Positions 11,601 through 21,816 of a stretch of DNA of 64,000 nt are shown here, one piece after another. The position numbers and the translations under genes were made by a program. The notes beneath the pieces are model-generated. The model had not been told where the DNA came from. It searched no databases and saw only the letters and a program-made list of their open reading frames with translations. The stretch's first letter is position 1, and every line of letters starts with the position of its first letter. This stretch comes from Bugula neritina (lineage: Eukaryota > Animalia > Bryozoa), in NCBI GenBank assembly GCA_964035545.1, contig OZ037766.1, forward strand, positions 11,584,722 to 11,648,721. The letters are read 5' to 3'.

Positions 11601-14600
11601 AAGAGTAGAGCGGTACAAACAAATATATTGTCATGAATGAAACCAGATGCTTGTAAAACTACCTGTGATATTAAATGTTTAACTATACTTCCATGCGCAT
11701 CCAATGATTCCAATTCATCTTCATCAGCACCATCATATAGTTCTACAATGTATCAGATACCAGCATGAAAGTGTAGATGCAAGCAGACAGCAATCTTATA
11801 ATAAGTATTTATACAGACGGTGTTTTCTAGTCCTGCTATAAATATATAGCATATGCAACAGTGCAAACACACTCCTAACTACTATTCCATTAGTAGCAAG
11901 ATAAATATTAGATTTACACCAAACCTTCCAATGACATGATAGTAAACAAGTAAAATAAAACATTTACAAAAATTTGCAAAATCAGAAATAAAAAAGTGCA
12001 AATAACTAAAAAGCAGACCACAGAGAAAGTATAAGAGAGAGAGACTTGTGCCTTTTTTATCAAATAAAAAAATCCTCACAATAACAGAACACTAAACATT
12101 CTAATTATTTAAAGAGTAAGTCTCACCATCATGCACATCGTTGGGACTTGCTATCATTGGGGGTGAGCTGGTGTCCACCGCATTTCCTGATGCAGTAGCA
12201 TTACTTTCCTCATTGGCTCTTCAACAACAAACACTGGATTCTGTACAGTTAATTATTGTGAATACTGGAAATGATGCCCCACATTTTATCAATGTATCCC
12301 AAGAAGACATAGTGATAGTTAAATTCTATGAAACATGAGTGTCTTTCTAACTTTCACCTTCGTTGCCTGAATAGTTTCTCATTAGTTTTTTACAAAATGT
12401 GAATTTGTTCATGTTTTGACTGATGAACTACTTCACACTGGTTTTCTGGGCTTTCAGTATCTTAACTTTTAATCTCAAGCAGGTTGGGAGTTGAAGACTT
12501 TTTACTACAACTGAGACTTGAATTCACATCCTCTTAATAAAGAAGCATATGTTTTACCGACTGTCACCTTGACACCCTAGTCTTGAATACGGGAAATATT
12601 ATAACTGTAATACTTACTTTGAGCTGTGTGTGGACGACTCAAATGCATCATAGAAATCGTCGTCCTCGTCGCTACTAGAAAATGAGCCAATAGGTACTGA
12701 CTTTTCACCTTCTTCATAATCACCATCATTCCCATTAATAGAGACCGGTAAACTGCTTTCGGCATCACCTGAATTTGTGAATAATGACACTGCATAGCCT
12801 AGTATTGCAGTAACCAAGTGTTGCATAGGCTTATTTATTCATAACTAAAATGCTTCATAACACACATATATAAATGTTATTTGCATTAATTAATATGGCA
12901 GTGTTAGAATATTATGTAAAGACGGACAGCAGAGCACACAAATTAAAGAGAAAGCAAAAATAACATTAATAGAAAAGCCAGAAAAATGGATATGTTAGTA
13001 CCTGTAGTTATCTCTACAGTCAACTGGTCATTAGACTCTTAAATACTAGTGAAAGGAAACTCAGACCAACCTGATGCAAAATGATGCCCCAAGTTAGATG
13101 CTGGTGCGTGCTGAACATATTGTGAAATGATAGGTGCAGTTGTAGGTAGAGAACTACTTCTACCAGGTCTTCTAGAAACATCTGTGGCACAACGTAAAGT
13201 TAGAAGCTTACATTACTTAGTAATTAACTCATACACCACAGGTGTCAGCAATATATAAGTCTCTTAATGACAGCATTTTTGACACGCTTGAAATCACAAG
13301 ACCATTTCAGCAGTTGTTAAGTAAGCCTAGGGCCACACGGTGCGTATTTTCGCACGCGAAAATTGAAATCACAAGTAGCAAAGGTGTCCACTGTGCGCGT
13401 TGAGAAAACATTCGCACTTGTCGTTCAGCATTTTCAACGCAAGTGCGAATCGCCTCTGTCGTCGTCGTCACCTAATTGGCTGGTAGTTATTCAGCGAGCC
13501 CAATTTCTTTATTTTAGTGCTACATTCCAGTAAATTGCGTTTTATTGAAAGCGAGTGCGATTTAAAAATGAAAGCTTTATTTATCACGCATCACTGACGC
13601 TACAGTGGACACCTTTGCTACTTGTGATTTCAATTTTCGCGTGCGAAAATACGCACCGTGTGGCCCTAGGCTAACAGAATGTTATTTAGTATTTTAATAT
13701 GAAGTGTCCAAACTGCTTGAAAATTTTCATGGTAAATATTTGCTAACGAGCTGACAAAAAAATTTGAAATTTTAATATGAAAGTTTAGAGTAGTTATGGT
13801 AAAAGCTTAAAGCAGGTTCTATATTAGCTAGTAATAGTGAACCAAAAGAGAACATTCTTCGAGGTTCAGCTTTTGAAGAAAGTCAAACATATTTGATGAA
13901 TTCACCTTTTCAGTGATAAGAATACAACTACATATAAAACTGGCCGTGAGTTATACAAAGCTGTTTAAACACTTGAAGCAGATAACATAGTACATCACAA
14001 TATAACACCGGATTGCTATACAAATCTCGCCCTAGTTTAAGCAGTTCTCCAAGAAACAAGAAAATGTTAAGAAAACTAAATGAACAATCGAAAGTTTTAG
14101 CTTCAAACAAAAACTGCACACAGACTACTTACTATCTGAGGAAGCAACAAAAACTGTCTGAAAGAGTAAAATCTATTCAACAATTGTAACAAACTAAATG
14201 AAAGCCATTTTCTTACCATTAAATATTCCATCACCTCCATTTGCTTCGTCAAAATCATGTGGACTCGGCTAAAACAATAGTTGATTACATAAGAAACATA
14301 TATTTATTAACAGGCTAAATACAAATAAACGTGTGCAAAATGTGCTCTTCCTACTAAACAGCTATAACTGTAAACTAAATGGTTTTACGACACATGCTGT
14401 AAATTGTAAATACAATTTCAATATTACATTTAACGTGAAGAGTGCTACTTGAGTAGAATGTATAAAATCCAGTTCTTTGGTAGCATGCATCAAGAATGTA
14501 TATAATGTAGTGCTTTGTTAATGCATATAATAATATAATATGAGGAACTTTGGTAATGCATACAATAACATAATATGAGGAACTTTGGTAATGCATACAA

Positions 14601-17600
14601 TAACATAATATGAGGAACTTTGGTAATGCATACAATAACATAATATGAGGTACTTTGGTAATGCATACAATAACATAATATGAGGTACTTTGGTAATGCA
14701 TATTTACAAAGCAGTAATGTGCACATACGTCTAAGTAGTAAGTAGTAGCATGTACCTTCGCACGTTGCATCATGACAATTGTACGTTTAACTGACTCAAT
14801 CAACGTCTCAGTTGTAACCATTATGACGTTATACTTTTCAACAGCTTGTTCATCTTCACACAAGGCAATTTTGGCTTGTAAACTCTACACAACAAAATAC
14901 ATATGAGTAGTGTTCAAAAACTTATAGTTAATCCATATAGGACCATTACAAACATGGGAAACTGAAAATAGGAGCTAGAATTTACTCCTATATTTATGTA
15001 ACAACAGCTTCGATTGGTTATAGCTGTGGTTACTCCTCCAATAGTGTGTAGGATTTTAAACCTTTAAACCTCAGAAATGACCAAGGAATTATTAAATAAT
15101 AAGAGAGTTCGGGTGTACCAGCGACAATTTTTCATGTAGAATATTAAGATTATTTGCAATAATGCATATGGTAATTATTAAGTAAAGAAATCTCCCAATG
15201 CTTGAGCAAAGCCTGTCATAGATGAAAAAGAACATGTTTTAAAAAATTATTTCAATAAAACAAAAGAAAATAATTTTCTTAGTAAATACCAGTCGTTTAT
15301 TCTGATCTGCCCTTTTATTGAAAACAATTTCACTAGAAGCATTTGTAAAAAATCAGGATTTATTTTAAAAGGATGAATGATTTAAATATATGTTTATTGA
15401 CTGATATTCTAGCATGAACTCATACTAGCTTCAGAGTAGATGTGTTCATCTCTGATGATGGCAAAAGTCCACAGTGAAAAATCAATTGACACAGTTTGTT
15501 AAATATGTTACTAACTTTTAAAATATAATTATAAGAATGCTTTTAGGACAACTATTTACAATAAAGTTGTTAATTTAGAATGAATTACATGTATTTAATT
15601 CAAATTTAGCCTTGATAATAATATATATTAGCAAAAAACATTTGTTTGAATGGCTCAACAAGTTTCTGCCAGTCACCACAGTTGAACCAAATATATTGTA
15701 ATTTGGTGCGGAATGACATGCTGTAATGTAACAATACCTTCAGCTGATTAATCAGGAGTTGTAAGTATGCGTCTGCTTCAGCCAGCTTCTTGTCAAACTC
15801 AGTGAATGAAGGAGCTTCTCTTGGTGAGCCACTCTAAACAGAGTTCAGCCAATATCATGGAGGTGAAAAGGTCACCATAGCAACGCATGATTTATTTTTG
15901 TATATTATGCAACATCCAACAAACTAAATACATGCGGTGACTCATTCTGCTGAAGCCAACATATAATTGGTCAATCTATGCATTCGAACAGACTTTAACT
16001 TCATTTCACAAAAACCAGCTGTTGACAAAACACTCGGGTTATAAATACAGCCCCATGCTATGAACTCTGGGATATCATTTAACCATTAGATATGCTGACT
16101 CTGCTGACTCTACCTCAGACTGTGTCGCTCTGCTTATAGACTCCTCCAGAGCCTCCATCCACTTCTGCCTCTCCTCTCCATCTCTCGCTAAAACATTTCA
16201 CTAATCATATAACTATTATTAATATACTGACTTTGAATACAATAAGGCCAACTCTTTTTGCAAAAGATAACAAGTTAATGAACAAAAATAATGATATTGT
16301 TCACTTATTCCAATGCAATAAATAACATTATCCTAAATAGGAGTTGTAGATAAAAAGAGCCGCTAAGAATAGAGTAAGTGTGTCGCTCTCTAGCACTTTC
16401 TTGGGATATAAATGGCAAAATATAGCGGCTGAGTTGAAATCGCATAGATGTAAATGAATACAAAGAAAGACTAAGACTTCATAATAAAACCCAAAATAAC
16501 ACAAATACCTTGAAAATGAAAAGTCTTCTGGTCATGAGTTGTGATAGTAAATGTAGATTCCTCATCGTCGTCTATGCCAAGATTTGCACCCTGACAAGGA
16601 CAGTAAACTCGAATAAACAGTATCTGCATTCTAAACTAATTAGGAACACAGCGTCTTTGAGATTAAATTGTCATCATACTACTAACGGCCAAATGTAAAA
16701 AGTATAACTTTCAAACTTGATTACAAATTATGTTGCATAAATGGCCATAACTAGTTATAAATAATGGAAGAAATAATGGTGGTGTTTGAGCCCTTACAAA
16801 ACCGATTCACTTAGTGGTACAAAGTGAGCCCTTATCTTAAACACTACTAGGCCCACAGTAGATCAGAGCTCACTCTGAAGTACTGGCATTTCGTTTTCTG
16901 TTTTATATAAAATTTATTTCAAAATAAAATAATATCATTTCCAATGTAACTCTTTCAAAGTAAACAATTTGCTCTACGTATGTTTTGTTTCAAATCTGAC
17001 CATTGCCAATATATCTTGCTTCATGATGGTGCAAATTATATTTCCTGCATAAAAATCTCATATTATCTTATGATTTAAAATTCCTTTTTGTTTGAGTAAT
17101 AACCAGGCTCTTTAATCAAGTTTCTTGGTAACACATGATAATGAATGTTGAGCAATATTAAAGCAATGCTATATTGAATCATAGCATGAACTTTTTTCTA
17201 ATTATAAGCAAAAAACAATTCTTCCAAAAAATTGAATATGTATCACCAAAATTAGCTTTTGTACATAACCAATAATATAGCTTCGATGCATCAAAATATT
17301 GAGAAGTCCATTAAATCAGTCAATTTTACAAGTACTATGATCATCTTTGACAAAGTAGAATTACACTTACTTTTAATCTAACACATCCTCTCCTTGAACC
17401 TCTTTTCATTTTATCTTTAGACTGTAATTTATAGCAATAAAGTATATATAAGTGTATGGAAACTTTGCTTTTAAAACTAAAACTTACTTACTCCATAAGA
17501 CTCTTATAAAATATTTGTAAGTACAGCAAGTACATTATGAAATGTTCAATTAACCCAAATTTATAACCATTATTGAATTAATTTTTGTTAAGCTGCTGCT

Positions 17601-17873
17601 TTTTGGAAACAGGCACTACCAATTGGCAATAAGTAAATAAATAAATTATATTATATATTTTTAAAAGAAAAGTTGAAAACAAGAAAAATAAATATGAAAA
17701 ATACTCACCATAAAATTATAATCGCAACAAACCTTTTAGAAACATACAAAATGTACTAAAATATAATAACAAACCGTATAATAAGAGAGCAATGCAATGT
17801 TTCCATCGAGGACAAACCACCGATATTGCCAACCTTGCATCACATTTGTCCATTTACTTAGAGGGCCTTCCAT
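5632..17873 (-). CDS. OSBPL9: Oxysterol-binding protein-related protein 9 (PH + FFAT + ORD), 20 coding exons, about 702 aa
   Basis: Exons (minus): 17873-17775, 17421-17371, 16590-16509, 16187-16114, 15833-15738, 14884-14756, 14268-14217, 13181-13071, 12768-12618, 12218-12127, 11742-11663, 11285-11173, 9785-9724, 9524-9415, 9229-9145, 8536-8362, 7903-7684, 6765-6674, 6361-6226, 5730-5632. Motifs: [22 protein letters not shown] (PH), [10 protein letters not shown] (FFAT), [40 protein letters not shown] (OSBP signature). An acceptor at 17879-17880 implies an upstream exon; probable donor at about 20195. Confidence 0.95.
6895..7087 (+). mobile_element. tRNA-derived SINE copy
   Basis: B box GGGTTCGAACCCC. 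Body and GACTATAAACTTG tail shared with 10848-11060 and 62394-62600. Confidence 0.8.
10848..11060 (+). mobile_element. tRNA-derived SINE, full length with target-site duplication
   Basis: A-box-like TAGTCTAGGGGT, B box GGGTTCGAACGCC (10901-10913), GAATGAGTGA tail. 16-bp TSD GTGAAGTATTGTA(C/T)AA at 10832-10847 and 11061-11076. Confidence 0.88.
13325..13671. mobile_element. MITE with perfect 70-bp TIRs and TAA TSD (PIF/Harbinger-type)
   Basis: 13325-13394 is the exact reverse complement of 13602-13671. TAA on both sides (13322-13324, 13672-13674). Lies in an OSBPL9 intron. Confidence 0.9.
14513..14703. repeat. 35-bp minisatellite, about 5.5 copies
   Basis: Unit CTTTGGTAATGCATACAATAACATAATATGAGG(A/T)A starting at 14513, 14548, 14583, 14618, 14653 and 14688. 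Confidence 0.95.
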
Positions 17874-17930
17874 TGTGCCTAAAACAACAACAAACTTGTC
17901 ATCATACCCTTTAAAGCACTGTGTGAGTTT

Positions 17931-17976
17931 GTGCGTGCGCGTGTGTGTGTGTGTGTGTGTGTGCGCGTGTGTGTGC
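17931..17976. repeat. (GT)n/(GC) microsatellite
   Basis: Direct reading of the sequence. Confidence 0.95.
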
Positions 17977-18027
17977 ATGTGCTACAAAGCATTAGAGTTA
18001 TGATTAAATAGGTCTATGCAACACGGT

Positions 18028-18131
18028 GAGGATGACAATTTCTATGATGCATTTGAGTCGCCCACACACAGATCAAAGTAAGTACTACAATTAGTATTTC
18101 CTGTATTCAGAATTAGGGTGTTAAGGTAACA
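18028..18131 (+). repeat. Inverted duplicate of the OSBPL9 FFAT exon end plus donor and intron start (12562-12667)
   Basis: GAGGATGACAATTTCTATGATGCATTTGAGTCGCCCACACACAGATCAAA|GTAAGTA... matches the reverse complement of 12618-12667 at 46/50. Similarity continues about 55 nt into the intron. Confidence 0.9.
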
Positions 18132-18804
18132 CAGTACAAGGTTTATGGGTTCAAAGTTAAACATCCTGAGCATTTAGTAATGTTGGATAACATACACCAG
18201 GTGCTAGCCTACATAGCTAAAGCATCTTATGAAATTAAAAACTGGAGTGATCTGTGACAGCGTTAATAGGCTGGTAAGTGTGCGTCACGTGCTACCACAA
18301 TGAGGTTATAATCGATCTGACCAGGCAAGTCATTTATGTTAACTCAGAATACGGTTGGGCTTAATACAGAACCGTGTGAAACTGTGGATGTCACAAGGAA
18401 CTTGTGCAATCATTTTCCAGCTATTAATACAATTTTTTCTGATTATCGAGAAAAAATAAATTCTTTGTAAAATTATGCTATAAAATGCTGAATACTTTTG
18501 AATTCTAATATAAACAGCTGATGAGAAACTTTGTTACGTGCTTTTAAAAACAGAATACAGCACAATGCGAATACTTGATGTTATCATTGTCAATATTAAA
18601 AGATATTTTGGAAATTTGTGAAAAAGTCAAGTTTCATATAGTAATCACATCGAAAACCCATATTGTTAATTGCAAAAAACAATAGTTACGTTTAGAACGA
18701 CATTCATGTACATGTACTCTTATATTTATAGTCTAATACTAATAATAGTAATACTAAAATTGTAACATGATAAGGATGTAACAATTATTATTATAATCAT
18801 AATC

Positions 18805-19704
18805 ATGACACTCTACTTTACCAAACTGTGAACACCACTAAGGATGCAGAACTATTCCAAACTAACATTAACGCTGTATATGAGTGGTCTCTAAAATGGA
18901 AAATGCCCTTCAATGAACAGAAATGCCAAGCAATTAATTTTGGTAAGGTAACCCCTATATCACACTACAAACTCGGTACCACATGCCTTGCGTGGGTACA
19001 AAGCACTAAATACCTTGGGGTAACCATCCAGTCAAACCTAAAGTTTGATCAACACATAAATAACAAGTGTACCAAGTCCCGGAAAATTCTTGGCGGCATC
19101 AAGCATTTGATGTATGATGCCCCAAAAGATGCTAAGCTATTGGCTTATACAAGTCTATGTAGGCCTATACTCGATTATGCGGATGTGGTTTGGGATCCTG
19201 CGGCTAGGGGTAAAGTGCATGATATAGAGCTGGTCCAGAACAGTGCCATACGATTTATAAGCAATATGAAGGGACGTGCTGAGAGTGTTTCTGAGGCGAG
19301 GGATGAGTTAGGACTCCGGTCGCTGGAAGACAGACGAAAAAATCATCGACTGTGTTTGCTGACCCGAATTCTTCAAAATGAGGATCAACACCAGTCTCTA
19401 TCCAGAGCCTATGATGAAATAATTGAAGGCAGGGAACTTGTAACTGTAACCACTCGAGCGGCTGCCAGAGGAGAGCTTATCTCTATATCATCTAGGAAAA
19501 ACTTATTCCACACTAGTTTTCTACCACGAACAATTCGTGAAATGCGCGGAGAATATAATAACTAATTACAAAACAGCAAATGCTGTAACTAGTGCTAACC
19601 CTGGTCCAATGTAAGTTTTCACTAGAGGCTTCCCTATAGACTTTCCAGTTGCTGCGGAAGTCCTACCTCAACTGAGGTAATAATAATAATAATAATGATA
19701 ATGA
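18805..19704 (+). mobile_element. 5'-truncated non-LTR retrotransposon (CR1/L2-group LINE), RT C-terminal half
   Basis: Open frame 18807-19565 begins DTLLY (just at the end of the F/YADD motif). It continues KWKMPFNEQKC, KYLGVTI, RPILDYADVVWDP, IELVQNSAIRFI, LGLRSLEDRR. Short 3'UTR and (TAA)n tail at 19678-19704. Confidence 0.92.
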
Positions 19705-20195
19705 AGCTAAAAAGTAAGAAGTAAGAATCAATCAATAATACCTAGTTTTAGTATGTGTAACACTAACTCAAAGTCAACTGCAAGTACTAGTAGTAACCAA
19801 ACTTTAGTAGTATTTAGCTATAAGTATTTCAATTTATAATTATAATTATAATTCATATTCATATTGCCTATTGGCTATTGGTATTCATTAAATACTAAAT
19901 TACATATTTAATTTCATATTGTTTATAATTAATTATTATGATATAACTAAGTTACAGTTAAACTTGATGCTATTTCCACCATAAAATCATAAGTATAATA
20001 AGTATAACTTGATTATGATAACCTACTTGTAGTACTTCAGTACTCAAGTTTAACCAAAAATCAAAATGAAAATGAAAATAATTAGAATACTAATACTAAT
20101 AGTAATACGTAATAATTATAATAAAACAATACTATTATGATCACCATGGACATGAACACAAGTCCTCACAAGTCAAAACTTGAACTCAAACTTAC

Positions 20196-20700
20196 CTAAA
20201 TTGTAGTTTATAAATATATTATAATTATAATTTAATATGAAGATCAACTACAAGATAAACGAGTTATTTCTAAAAGTGATTTTCTTGTTGACCTTGACAC
20301 TATAGCCATAAAAACTATAATCATAGTGTGCCATTAAAAGTTTGAGGCTATCATTATAAATTAAATTGGCGATAAGCTTTCGACTATTTGTAATTGTAAT
20401 TTCTTAAGTAGTTGAGTATAAGATTTTGTGCAGCTGAGAATAAATATGTGTCAAATTTTATAATTCTCAACTATTATTACTGTCAGCTATAATCCCAATC
20501 GTTGCTCTCTCTGTATGTACATGATCCCTACATGAAAGTAAAAAATTATTTTTACGAGGCGGTGATGTTTAGTAGTTTCCGTATTTATATTTCGAAAAGT
20601 TATATAGTGCCAAGGTGAAGGTCAACAAACTTCTGATTACAATGCAACGCAATTCTAATATTCATATTGATATTGCTGTTAAATAATCATAATCATAATG
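20196..20700. promoter_or_regulatory. Probable divergent promoter region for OSBPL9 and CMC1
   Basis: Lies between head-to-head genes. Minus-strand donor AG|GTAAGT at about 20195. Inverted motif pair at 20285-20305 and 20603-20628. Flanked on both sides by low-complexity TA-rich tracts. Confidence 0.5.
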
Positions 20701-21816
20701 GCCATTAATGGGTTATGGTGTTTATAATTATTATCTCATTGTTTAGCCATTATCAGTTAATGATAATACCAATGAATACAAATTCATATTTTACAATTAT
20801 AATAATTATAATTATTAAGTTGCTGTTTCATAGTAGTTCTAATTACTAAGTATTATATTTACTATTTAGTATTACTATAACTATAACTGTATAAGTATAA
20901 CTATAAGTATAGCTATCACTATTACTATTAGTATTACTATTAGTATCAGTATTACTATAAGTATAAGTAATACTAATAGTAATACTGATAGTATTAATAT
21001 TACTATTAGCATTAAAAATAAATTTACTTTTACTTTTAGTACTACTACTAGGATTACATTTCCTTTTACTGGCTTTTAGTTTTAGAACAACACTTATTGT
21101 AAGTTATAGCTATAAGACTTATAACTATGTTCATTACATTGTTGTTACAAAAGCTTTTTGTTCTAGCTTTTAGTAAAATATTGTTCCATGAAAGCTTTTT
21201 GTGAAAGCCTTTGCAATAGCTTTTTACTGGTACCTTTTTGTTGTTTTATGAGTCAATACAGTTCAAGTAATGAAAGAGGAATGTTGGCTGTGATCATTTT
21301 CTGTTATAGTTTTCCTTTTGTTAAAAGATACAGACAACTTAGACTATTGCCCAAATAATTGTCAAAGTATTATATGAAATATAGACTGTTGGCATTGAGC
21401 AAACAGTTGAGTTGTATCCTGCATCCGTGCCATTCAGCATACTCATAGACTTGGATATAATGATACTCAAAATCACCGCGACACTCATATTGATATTGAA
21501 ACTAACTACTGATAGTGTCAGTGAGTGCAGCAGTATCACAGTTTATTAGTTATACTAAAGCTGTTGAATATAAGATTTTTTAGAATATACTGAACAATAT
21601 GAATTAAAAATATATCAAAGTAAAGCTGTCTTATAAACTAATTCTAATAACTATTTAATACCATTTAGGTTTATAACTTATACTCACTTTTTTTACTTTG
21701 ACTCAGTCATAGTGTTATAGAAATTATACACACAGTATGAACTTTATTTCAGGTCATCATTGTAGTAATTTCTAATTGAAAACCTTCATTTATTCTGTAT
21801 TTATTTACTAGAAAAC

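Noticed and set aside
13002-13070. Alternative donor at 13002 extending the OSBPL9 exon
   Set aside because: The extension contains an in-frame TAA. The donor at 13071 gives the correct phase and there is no evidence the distal one is used.
14513-14703. CRISPR-like periodicity (also 23425-23583 and 32143-32335)
   Set aside because: Head-to-tail tandem units without unique spacers, eukaryotic context, no cas genes.
14375-14863. 162-aa ORF with repeated hydrophobic segments
   Set aside because: An OSBPL9 exon read on into a 35-bp minisatellite that happens to lack stops on that strand.
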